35,403 nucleotides of DNA from Bdellovibrionales bacterium (GTDB lineage Bacteria; Bdellovibrionota; Bdellovibrionia; Bdellovibrionales; UBA840), in contig JBBKWS010000174.1 of the NCBI GenBank assembly GCA_037969075.1, positions 1-35,403 on the forward strand. The letters run 5' to 3'. The position numbers and the translations under genes are program-made. Shown here one piece after another: positions 8,965 to 17,345 of this stretch. The notes below the pieces were generated by a model. The model saw nothing but the letters and a program-made list of their open reading frames with translations, made no database searches and was not told the DNA's origin. Each line of letters opens with the position of its first letter. Position 1 is the stretch's first letter.

Positions 8965-9941
8965 AACAATTTAATTTTATTGTTACTAAAAATGATGTTG
9001 GGCAACGTATAGACCAATATGTGCTAACTCGTATGAATGAAGATAAGCATTTTCAGATCTCAAGAAAATTAGTGCAAAAAATAATCGAAGATGGTGATAT
9101 TTTCTTAAATCGTCACCGCGCTAAGATCTGTACAATTTCTTTAGCCTTAAACGATCAAATTTCTATCAAAGTAAAACCACATCAATTAAAGCAAAAAGAC
9201 TTGCAAGTAGACCTAGTCTTAGAAGAGATGAAGCATGTGCTATATGAAGATGCTTCTATCATTGTTTTAAACAAGCCTGCAGGTATTCCAACTCAAGGAA
9301 CGCTAGACCCTACAAGAGACCATTTGTATGCAGCCGTGCAAAGATTTATAAAAGCTAGAAGTCCTTTACGAGAAATTTATGTGGGCTTACATCACCGTTT
9401 AGACCGTGACACTTCTGGGGTAGTTTTGATGACCAAGAAGAGATCTGTTAATAAAGACGTCGGCGATATCTTTAAAAACCATGAAGCCCTAAAAGAATAT
9501 ATGGCGATTTGCCATAAAAATCCAACTTGGACAAAGACTAGGTGGACTACAAAAAATTATGTAAATAGATCGCAAGTTCAAAAAATGAAAATGGAAATCG
9601 TAAACTCTGGTGGCGATTTAGCCATCACAAGTTTTAAAATTGTTAGAGATTATGGGGACTATGTATTGATTGAGGCAAAGCCAAAAACTGGCAGAATGCA
9701 TCAAATACGATTGCACTTATCTGCAGCTGGCATGCCTATTATTGGCGATAGCTTATATACACCAAAAGAAAAGGACATGGCGCTCAGCTTTAGAACTCCT
9801 CGTTGCCTACTGCATGCATTTAGATTAACCTTTCCGCATCCGGTAAGTAAAAAACTATTAAGCGTTGAAGCCGCTGTACCTAGTGACTTTGAAAGAGTGT
9901 TAAATGCTACAAGTAATTACACTGAACTCCCCGAAGAATAA
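8946..9941 (+). CDS. RluA/RluD-family pseudouridine synthase with S4 domain
   Basis: GQRIDQY S4 start, NKPAGI, HRLDRDTSG, TGRMHQIRLH and IIGDSLY. The true start may be 8961. Confidence 0.9.
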   Translation: MDRGKMKQFNFIVTKNDVGQRIDQYVLTRMNEDKHFQISRKLVQKIIEDGDIFLNRHRAKICTISLALNDQISIKVKPHQLKQKDLQVDLVLEEMKHVLYEDASIIVLNKPAGIPTQGTLDPTRDHLYAAVQRFIKARSPLREIYVGLHHRLDRDTSGVVLMTKKRSVNKDVGDIFKNHEALKEYMAICHKNPTWTKTRWTTKNYVNRSQVQKMKMEIVNSGGDLAITSFKIVRDYGDYVLIEAKPKTGRMHQIRLHLSAAGMPIIGDSLYTPKEKDMALSFRTPRCLLHAFRLTFPHPVSKKLLSVEAAVPSDFERVLNATSNYTELPEE

Positions 9942-10857
9942 GAATGCTTTATCAACGACCATATTACAAAGCATACAAGATCAACTCTTAGCAGCAGCTA
10001 ACGATCCAAAAGTAAAAGCTGTGTTGATCGAATCACACAGCGCAGATTATTTTTGTTCAGGCGGAGATGTAAAACAGCTTTATACAAACATTCAAGACAA
10101 CGACTTTGCTAAATGCGACCAGTTTTTTTCAACCGAATATTCTACTGATTACTTAGTGCATATCTTCAAAAAACCTATAATTACTTGGTCAGACGGCATT
10201 ACCTTTGGCGGAGGATTAGGTCTAATCCAAGGCGCAACTCACAAAATTTTCTCTCCTACGGCGGTGGCAGCAATGCCCGAAGTGCTTATTGGCTTATTTC
10301 CTGATGTTGGGGCCTCTTATTTTTTACAAAAATTACCCCAGGTCTGGAAAACAGCTGTGACTGAAAATGCTAAACGACTAAATGCTAATGAATCCTTAGT
10401 ACTAGGTCTTTGTGATTATGTAGTTGATAAAGACAAAAAGCATATCATTAACAAACTAAAAGATATTACCTGGAGAAAAAGCCACTTAGAAAATCATAAA
10501 CTCATTGAAGGTGTATTAACGCCTTACGCTCTTGCTTCTCAAAAGATCGAGTATTCCGAGCAGTCCTATGAAACTGAAAATCGAGCTTATGCCTGTCCCA
10601 CCTCTTTACAATTTGTTAGAAAGCAAATGGCAAATGGTATATCTAAAAAAAGTAGAGCTTGTTTTGAAATGGAGTGGCAATATGCCCATCACTTCTGCCG
10701 TAACCAGAATTTTAAAGAAGGAGTTCGAGCACTACTAGTAGATAAAGACAAAAAACCTAATTGGGTGCCCGAAGATATTGCCCTGCACTTTGAAGCAGTC
10801 ACTGAAACTTCTTTTATAGACTTTAAGAAAACTTTAGATACTCTGGATGCTATATGA
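9904..10857 (+). CDS. enoyl-CoA hydratase / 3-hydroxyisobutyryl-CoA hydrolase family protein
   Basis: FCSGGDVK, DGITFGGGLG, AMPEVLIGLFPDVG and FKEGVRALLVDKDKKPNW motifs. Confidence 0.85.
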   Translation: MLQVITLNSPKNKNALSTTILQSIQDQLLAAANDPKVKAVLIESHSADYFCSGGDVKQLYTNIQDNDFAKCDQFFSTEYSTDYLVHIFKKPIITWSDGITFGGGLGLIQGATHKIFSPTAVAAMPEVLIGLFPDVGASYFLQKLPQVWKTAVTENAKRLNANESLVLGLCDYVVDKDKKHIINKLKDITWRKSHLENHKLIEGVLTPYALASQKIEYSEQSYETENRAYACPTSLQFVRKQMANGISKKSRACFEMEWQYAHHFCRNQNFKEGVRALLVDKDKKPNWVPEDIALHFEAVTETSFIDFKKTLDTLDAI

Positions 10858-11795
10858 ATATTTTATTTAGTATTACACAACTTAAATACCTTATCGAAGT
10901 AGATCGACTTAAAAGCTTTGGTTTGGCAGCTAAGGCTTGCAATGTTTCGCAGCCTACTCTTAGTATGCAAATACAAAAATTAGAGTCTGATTACGAGATA
11001 CAAATATTTAAAAGAAACAATAGACGAGTGGAAACCACACAAAAGGGTAAAGAGATTATTTTACTCGCTAAGGACATCGTTGCGCAGGCCGAATTTACAG
11101 ACTCAAAGTTACGAAACGAACCCCTTTCTATTGATGGTGAGTTTCGAATAGGAATCATTCCAACAGTAAGTCCTTTCTTGCTCCCGTATTTTCTAGAAAA
11201 ATTTCATGTAAAATATCCAAAAACAAAATTGATTATCCAAGAGATACAAACCTCTCTAATGATAGATGCCCTTTTGCAAGAAAAACTTGATATTGGAATC
11301 TTGGCGACCCCGTTAAATGTAAAAAACATTATCGAGCATCCTCTTTTTTACGAAAAATTCATGGTTTATTTGCAGCCCAATTCTGACTTATTAAAAAAAG
11401 AAAGTTTAGACCGCAAAGATTTAAATGATTCTGATATTTTATTATTAGAAGATGGTCACTGCTTTAAAGAACAGGCCCTTGATATTTGTAATCGTACAAC
11501 AGCACAACAAGCCTACCCTATACGGGTTGGTAGTATACAAACGCTGACCCACCTTGTAGATACAAACTTAGGTTTTACCTTTATCCCCGAACTATCTGTG
11601 CAATACCTTAGTCCACAACAAAAAAAGCAGGCTAGATCAATAAAACAAAGTCCGTATAGAGAGATCTCTTTAATCTCTGCCAAATCATTTAGACGTGATT
11701 TGCTCATGCAAATTATAAGCAGTGAAATTATCTCATCGCTTCCAAAACACATAGAGACCAAAAAGCCGAAACATGTTTTACCGCTGCATATTTGA
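10854..11795 (+). CDS. oxyR: hydrogen peroxide-sensing LysR regulator OxyR
   Basis: LysR HTH (AAKACNVSQPTLSMQIQKLE), GIIPTVSPFLLP, and the redox Cys pair LLEDGHCFKEQALDIC. Confidence 0.88.
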   Translation: MNILFSITQLKYLIEVDRLKSFGLAAKACNVSQPTLSMQIQKLESDYEIQIFKRNNRRVETTQKGKEIILLAKDIVAQAEFTDSKLRNEPLSIDGEFRIGIIPTVSPFLLPYFLEKFHVKYPKTKLIIQEIQTSLMIDALLQEKLDIGILATPLNVKNIIEHPLFYEKFMVYLQPNSDLLKKESLDRKDLNDSDILLLEDGHCFKEQALDICNRTTAQQAYPIRVGSIQTLTHLVDTNLGFTFIPELSVQYLSPQQKKQARSIKQSPYREISLISAKSFRRDLLMQIISSEIISSLPKHIETKKPKHVLPLHI

Positions 11796-11845
11796 AGTAG
11801 CCAATTATCAAAAACATCTATATCCTTGATAAAAAGGAGATTTAT

Positions 11846-12049
11846 ATGAAACAACTATTAGCTTGCCTTGTCGTTACTCTTGGAATGGGTTTTTCTTTTA
11901 ACTCAGCTCTTGCATGCGATTGCAAAACAGGTAAAAAATGTGAGTGCTCAGAAGGCACATGTAAATGTGGCAAAAAGAAAGGTGAAAAGCATGACTGCGG
12001 AAAAGACAGCAAGTCTTGTGATCACCATAATGAAGAGAAAAAATCTTAA
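11846..12049 (+). CDS. small exported Cys-rich metallothionein-like peptide
   Basis: Strong SD AAGGAG; signal peptide ending ALA; the 44-aa mature part has 8 Cys (three CxC) and 3 His. Confidence 0.7.
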   Translation: MKQLLACLVVTLGMGFSFNSALACDCKTGKKCECSEGTCKCGKKKGEKHDCGKDSKSCDHHNEEKKS

Positions 12050-12068
12050 TTTTTAAAGGTTAAAAGGT

Positions 12069-13019
12069 ATGAAGTTCTTATTTGTTATGGACTCGATTTC
12101 TACTGTAAAACCCTACAAGGATACTTCATACTTTTTAATGCTCGCTGCCGCCACCAACGGCCACGATGTATATCAGGCTGAAACTAAAGACTTATATTTT
12201 TTAACTGAGGCCAAGGTCACCGCGACAAAGTATTCTATCAAAGAATATACTGATGGCGATACTTACAAAAATGTTTTTTTAGATCCAATCAAAAAAGATC
12301 TTTCTTTAAATGATCTTGATGTCATTTGGGTCCGTAAAGATCCACCGTTTGATGACTCTTATTTATATATGACTCGGTTATTATCATTAGCCACTAAGCC
12401 TATAATTATTAACTCCCCCACAGGGCTGCAAGCCTGGAACGAGAAACTCGCTGCCCTTGAATACACAAAATGGATCCCGTGGACTCTAGTCGCCAGCGAT
12501 CTAGACACTATCTATTCAGCAATAAATAGTAAGGGCGGACGCTTTGTCTTAAAGCCCTTAGATGGCTTTGGAGGCAAAGGAATCGAGTTTATTGAGGCAA
12601 ATACTGATAAAACCTTACCTCTGCTGACTACATACTTAAATGGCCAAGGAACAAAGGCCATTATTATTCAAGAATATCTAAAAGACGCGGTTAAGGGAGA
12701 TAAGCGAATCCTTTTATGGCGCGGAAAACCTATTGGTGCTGTCTTGCGATTACATGCCGAGGGAAGTGAATTAAATAATATCGATGCTGGCGCTAAAGCT
12801 CTAGCTACTACGATCACTGCCAATGAATATAAACTTTGCGAAGCTCTTGCCCCAAGATTAAACCAATTAGGCTTATTATTTGTGGGAATCGACATCATCG
12901 GCGAAAAGCTAACAGAGATTAACATCACAAGCCCCACTACCCTGCAAGAAATGACAAGACTTGCAAACACTCCGCTACACATTCAGATCATCAAAGATCT
13001 TGAATCTATGGTTCACTAA
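12069..13019 (+). CDS. gshB: glutathione synthetase
   Basis: FVMD...KDTS, RKDPPFD, NEKL, LKPLDGFGGKGI, GDKRILL and GIDIIG..LTEINITSPT motifs. Confidence 0.93.
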   Translation: MKFLFVMDSISTVKPYKDTSYFLMLAAATNGHDVYQAETKDLYFLTEAKVTATKYSIKEYTDGDTYKNVFLDPIKKDLSLNDLDVIWVRKDPPFDDSYLYMTRLLSLATKPIIINSPTGLQAWNEKLAALEYTKWIPWTLVASDLDTIYSAINSKGGRFVLKPLDGFGGKGIEFIEANTDKTLPLLTTYLNGQGTKAIIIQEYLKDAVKGDKRILLWRGKPIGAVLRLHAEGSELNNIDAGAKALATTITANEYKLCEALAPRLNQLGLLFVGIDIIGEKLTEINITSPTTLQEMTRLANTPLHIQIIKDLESMVH

Positions 13020-13152
13020 AAGAGCCCATTTACGGCCTTCCGATATATTATCAACACTATACAATTTTTAGTAATATCAACACATTACAGACTCTGACGA
13101 AATCAGCTGACCAATGAGTAGACCATTACTAGCTTTAAAAGCTCGCTGCAGC

Positions 13153-13168
13153 AGGCACACCTATTGCT
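13153..13168 (+). promoter_or_regulatory. sigma54 (-24/-12) promoter
   Basis: AGGCAC-ACCTA-TTGCT with exact GG-N10-GC spacing, in the intergenic region upstream of the lipoprotein gene. Confidence 0.6.
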
Positions 13169-13329
13169 ATATATAGTAAAAAATAATGTATTTTTTACGG
13201 CAAATATTGGTCGTAAACGCCCTTATTAAATATGAGGCCTTGTTTTTAAGTTAGAAACACTTGAGATCTGAATATTTAGGATATTGATACAATTTTAGTT
13301 ATAAGACCATAAACCTTTTGGAGGAACTA

Positions 13330-14229
13330 ATGTTTAAGAAAATACTTTTAGTGGCTATGGCCACTCTACTAACAACTTCACTAATAGCTTGTAAAAGTGA
13401 TAGCGAAGACAAGGCAGAGGATGCAACCACTCATATTAATTCCCTTAACGATATCAACCAGCAACTAGCCAATAAAGGTGTCGTTGTAATTACAAGCGTT
13501 AGATTTACTAGCCGCCTAAGTAGATCAGTAAGCTATACCAATGCGGAGTTAGCCGAAATTGTAAGTCTATTAAATAGTTTCGTTAGTCATGGTAATGTTC
13601 TTTTAGGTATGAACTTGGCAGATGATCCTGAGATCATTTGGGGTGATGAGTATAAGCTACAAAATGCCATAGATAATGCTAACAACCTCTTGGATCAAGC
13701 TAGCCGTTATGAAACGTATGAAATCAAAATGGCTCAAGCGCAACAACGTGCAGAACAACAACGTATTGCTGATGCAGCAAGACGAGCAAGAGAAGCTCTA
13801 GAAAGATTGCAACAAGAAAAAAATAATAACGCTTACGATGCTCTTGTTAATAACATTAATGTAGACGTAGAAGATTTAAGATCTGAAAAGATTTTATTGA
13901 AAAATACTTCTGCGCTACAAAAAACTGCCGATCTTATTAATAGAGAACAGATTAAGAATATGAATCTTAAGAAGCTTGAAAAAGCATCTGCGCTTTTAAC
14001 AGCAGTAGTAACAAATGCCGACGAAGCATTGACGATGATAAAAAATATTTCTGTAAGAGCTACTTACTCAGAGCAAGCTAAGTTAATAGGGATAAGAGAT
14101 AATGCTAAAACATACTTGCCAATCGTGCGAGCTCGCATCGAAGGATTAACAAAAGTAAGTCCAAAAGCGGAAGCTACTGGCGGTAATAACCTAGGTACGG
14201 TTTATACTAAAGACGCTGTTGGCGAATAA
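13330..14229 (+). CDS. hypothetical helical/coiled-coil lipoprotein
   Basis: SD GGAGGA before ATG 13330 (the ORF track starts at TTG 13318); lipobox LIAC; central coiled coil AQAQQRAEQQRIADAARRAREALERLQQE. Confidence 0.75.
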   Translation: MFKKILLVAMATLLTTSLIACKSDSEDKAEDATTHINSLNDINQQLANKGVVVITSVRFTSRLSRSVSYTNAELAEIVSLLNSFVSHGNVLLGMNLADDPEIIWGDEYKLQNAIDNANNLLDQASRYETYEIKMAQAQQRAEQQRIADAARRAREALERLQQEKNNNAYDALVNNINVDVEDLRSEKILLKNTSALQKTADLINREQIKNMNLKKLEKASALLTAVVTNADEALTMIKNISVRATYSEQAKLIGIRDNAKTYLPIVRARIEGLTKVSPKAEATGGNNLGTVYTKDAVGE

Positions 14230-14252
14230 TCGCAAACTACATTTTAAGTATC

Positions 14253-14278
14253 AAAAGGCCCTTCGGGGCCTTTTTTTT
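14253..14278 (+). terminator. intrinsic terminator
   Basis: AAAAGGCCC-TTCG-GGGCCTTTTTTTT (cUUCGg hairpin plus U tract). Confidence 0.9.
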
Positions 14279-14443
14279 GATCGTGGTCGCCCTATGGCAC
14301 CACCTATATTAGCTCTCAGGTAAAAAACCAAAAAAAAAGGTCTAGTTTTCTCTCAACATGCAAGCCAAACCTTAGACTAGGTCCAGGCGCTTGCTAGAAT
14401 TTTAATACAACTAACATTTGTTCATTTTTACCAGGGAGGGGAA

Positions 14444-15763
14444 ATGAGAAGTGCCGCAACTATAATATTCATTTTATTTCTAAGTTTTTCGCTACAAGCA
14501 AAGACTACTGACTTAACTAAGGTTCCGCTTATGACTATGCCAAGTATTAATTTGAAGTCATTACAAGCAGAAGATGAAATGGATAAAGTAAACGGAATTG
14601 CACCAAGGTTTGCATTTACTCATGAAGTTAATTTAAACCCGAACAATTCTGGTGTTTGGACTACGGATGGCAACCTATCTATCTGGCAACTCAGAATCGA
14701 ATCAAAAAAAGCTGAATCTATAAATCTTGGCTTTACGCAATTTGCATTACCAGCAAGCGCAAGTTTATATGTGTATTCAATGGATAAAGAAAGCATAAGA
14801 GGCCCGTTTAACGCCCAAGATAATAACAATGCGAAACAACTATGGACTCCTGTTGTTTTTGGGGAGCAAATTGTTATTGAATTGCGTGTAGCAACAAATG
14901 AAAAAAATGCGGTTGAACTAGTTTTAACTGCCGTAAATCACGATTACCTTGGTTTTGGTAAAGCAAAATCCTCTACTGAAAAATCGGGTTCTTGTAACGT
15001 AGATGTCGTTTGTGGGGAAGGCGCTAGTTACAATGAGCAAATCAGATCCGTAGCAACTATATCATTTACTGGCAGTAGATTTTGCACCGGAGCCATGATC
15101 AATAATACTGCCAACGACGGAAAGCCGTATTTTTTAACAGCTAATCATTGTGGTGTTAGATCAAACAATGCCGCTACACTTGTAGCCTATTGGAATTTTG
15201 AAAACTCAACTTGCAGAAGTCCAAACTCTGGTGCCAGCGGTGGTAGAGGCGACGGAAGACTAGACCAATTCACAACTGGCGCAACATTTAGAGCAGGCAT
15301 TAGCGCATCGGATTTTACATTAGTAGAATTCAACCGTGCACCAGATGTATCTTACAATGTATATTACGCTGGTTGGGACCACAGAAAGCTTGCGCCAACA
15401 AGCTCAATAGCAATTCATCACCCAAATGTTGATGAAAAGCGTATTAGTTTTGATAGTGATGATGGATCAATCTCTACATACCTAGATAGAGGAACATCTG
15501 GCGTAGATACACATATCAAAATCACTGACTGGGATATTGGTACAACTGAGCCAGGATCTTCAGGATCTCCTCTGTTCAACCAAGATAAACGAATCATTGG
15601 TCAACTACATGGCGGCTACGCAGCCTGTGGTAATAACGATGCTGACTGGTATGGGTTCTTAGCCTATTCTTGGAACAATGGATCACCATCTAATAGCTTA
15701 AAAACATGGTTAGATGCAGCAAGTACTGGCGCTGAATTCATTGATGGATTCGAAGTACGTTAA
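14444..15763 (+). CDS. secreted trypsin-like serine protease of the lysyl endopeptidase (Achromobacter protease I) type
   Basis: Signal peptide and propeptide; SGSCNVDVVC, LTANHC, SDFTL, TEPGSSGSP and GQLHGG motifs. Confidence 0.88.
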   Translation: MRSAATIIFILFLSFSLQAKTTDLTKVPLMTMPSINLKSLQAEDEMDKVNGIAPRFAFTHEVNLNPNNSGVWTTDGNLSIWQLRIESKKAESINLGFTQFALPASASLYVYSMDKESIRGPFNAQDNNNAKQLWTPVVFGEQIVIELRVATNEKNAVELVLTAVNHDYLGFGKAKSSTEKSGSCNVDVVCGEGASYNEQIRSVATISFTGSRFCTGAMINNTANDGKPYFLTANHCGVRSNNAATLVAYWNFENSTCRSPNSGASGGRGDGRLDQFTTGATFRAGISASDFTLVEFNRAPDVSYNVYYAGWDHRKLAPTSSIAIHHPNVDEKRISFDSDDGSISTYLDRGTSGVDTHIKITDWDIGTTEPGSSGSPLFNQDKRIIGQLHGGYAACGNNDADWYGFLAYSWNNGSPSNSLKTWLDAASTGAEFIDGFEVR

Positions 15764-15783
15764 TTTTTATATTTAGATTTTTT

Positions 15784-15815
15784 AAAAGCCACGTCTAATT
15801 AGCGTGGCTTTTTTT
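15784..15815. terminator. bidirectional intrinsic terminator
   Basis: AAAAGCCACG...CGTGGCTTTTTTT between convergent genes. Confidence 0.85.
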
Positions 15816-15823
15816 ATAGCCAA

Positions 15824-16612
15824 CTACGAAGTGATAACTTCTTCAAAACCTTTAATAAACAGACGATGAATCTTTTTATCTTTATAAGGATCAAGATTAA
15901 TCATACTCATCTCTTCATCAGAATAACCAGAGTAAACATCTTGCACTAGAATCGTTTGTTCTTGCACCTCAAACACAAAACGCCATGTTTTATAAGAATA
16001 GATAAAGGTATTTTGATCGATCTCTTTCACCCGCTTGCGTTTAGACTGAAACGGGTTAAGCCCGAGCTGATCATGTAAAACCACTTTTAAATTGGCAGAA
16101 ACTCTTTCGCTGAGCCAAGAAATCTTTACTTCTGCCTCTGGAAGAATAATCACTTCAAACGTATTGTCCTCTTTCATCCAGCCAGGAAACACATCTTGAA
16201 ACGCATCCGAAAAGGATAGATAGGGTTTAATATCTAAGATTGGACTACCATCAAGAAGGTCGTGATTTTTAACCCAAAGGCTTGATCCTTCAATCTTATA
16301 AAAATCTACACAACTTAAGCCAATAGGATTAGGACGATAAGGTGCACGTGTGGCTAAAACTCCAACTTTTTTGTGCGAACCTCTTGGCGGCTGCACCTTA
16401 GGGCGCCAGTTTTTATTTCTATGAAAGACATAAATTAGCCATAGCTTGGTGCAAGTCTCGATGTCATCAAGTGCCTGCTCGATAGGAAATAAATCTTTAA
16501 ACTCAATGCGCCCAATGTTCCCTTGGCTACTAACAGCTTGTCTTGGAAGATCGTGCGGACTTTTTTCATCGCAATGAAAAAAACCAATGGGCTTTAAATT
16601 GAAACTTTCCAT
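15824..16612 (-). CDS. trmO: tRNA (t6A37)-N6-methyltransferase TrmO/TsaA family
   Basis: LWLIYVFH, PKVQPPR, GVLATRAPYRPNPIGLS and DLLDGSPILDIKPY motifs. Confidence 0.88.
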   Translation of the reverse strand: MESFNLKPIGFFHCDEKSPHDLPRQAVSSQGNIGRIEFKDLFPIEQALDDIETCTKLWLIYVFHRNKNWRPKVQPPRGSHKKVGVLATRAPYRPNPIGLSCVDFYKIEGSSLWVKNHDLLDGSPILDIKPYLSFSDAFQDVFPGWMKEDNTFEVIILPEAEVKISWLSERVSANLKVVLHDQLGLNPFQSKRKRVKEIDQNTFIYSYKTWRFVFEVQEQTILVQDVYSGYSDEEMSMINLDPYKDKKIHRLFIKGFEEVITS

Positions 16613-16613
16613 A

Positions 16614-17345
16614 CTACTGCCTTAGTCCTATAACAAACTGATTCATACAAATACCAGCGCAAATGGATACATTCAAAGATTTTTTTGCGCCAAGTAGTGG
16701 TATATGCACCCACTGATCGATATATAAAAAGGCTTCTTTTGCTATTCCAAATCTTTCATTGCCAAAAACTAAGACAGATTTTTCTGGAAACCTGATGCTT
16801 TCTAAAGCTTTTCCTTCTTTGTGGGTTTCGATCCCAAAAATTTCATAGCCTGACTCAGAGTATTTTTTTAAAACTTTTTCTATAGATATTTCAGATGTAA
16901 TGTCTAAATTTTCCTCTACTCCCATAGAAGATTTTTTAGTCTTAGGATTATCTAGCCCCTGGGTATAACCAGTTAAGACAACCTTGTTAAAGCCAAAGGC
17001 TTCAGCAGATCTAAAAATAGAACCTATGTTAAAAGCAGAGCGTAAATTATGAAGTACAATAACACCTTGGTGCTTAACACCCGAGACTGCGTCAGTTGCT
17101 GTTATCTGCAAAAAATCTTCATCCTTAACAGAGGTCATGAATTTATTTTCAAAAAAAACAAGGAGTGGGTAAAATGATTCAAAAGAGAAGTTTGATGCTA
17201 ACTCTTCTACAAGCCCACGAAATCTTTGATAGACGACTGGCTCTGTTTTTTTAATCTGTAAAAAGCCATCTAAAAATGCTAAAAAAGAAGTCTCTCCTTC
17301 TTTCTCAACTCTTTTGGCTAACTCATAGAGTTTTTCTAGATTCAT
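16614..17345 (-). CDS. TrmH/SpoU (SPOUT) RNA methyltransferase with N-terminal extension
   Basis: LHNLRSAFNIGSIFRSAEAFG, LVFGNERFGI and IPLLGAKKSLNVS motifs. Confidence 0.88.
   Translation of the reverse strand: MNLEKLYELAKRVEKEGETSFLAFLDGFLQIKKTEPVVYQRFRGLVEELASNFSFESFYPLLVFFENKFMTSVKDEDFLQITATDAVSGVKHQGVIVLHNLRSAFNIGSIFRSAEAFGFNKVVLTGYTQGLDNPKTKKSSMGVEENLDITSEISIEKVLKKYSESGYEIFGIETHKEGKALESIRFPEKSVLVFGNERFGIAKEAFLYIDQWVHIPLLGAKKSLNVSICAGICMNQFVIGLRQ

Noticed and set aside
11868..12056. Alternative-frame 62-aa ORF over the Cys-rich peptide gene
   Set aside because: Non-ATG start without SD; the overlapping frame has an SD, a signal peptide and a coherent Cys pattern.
13199..13260. GGCAAA...GTAA...GGCC in the lipoprotein leader, as a possible c-di-GMP-I riboswitch
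   Set aside because: No GNRA-capped P2 stem and no GACGCAAAG/receptor elements could be fitted by eye; an Infernal search would settle it.
14295..14395. TGGCAC (14295) and GG...TTGCT (14380-14395) as sigma54 promoters for the protease
   Set aside because: The first lacks the -12 GC, and the second has GG-N11-GC, which is the wrong spacing.
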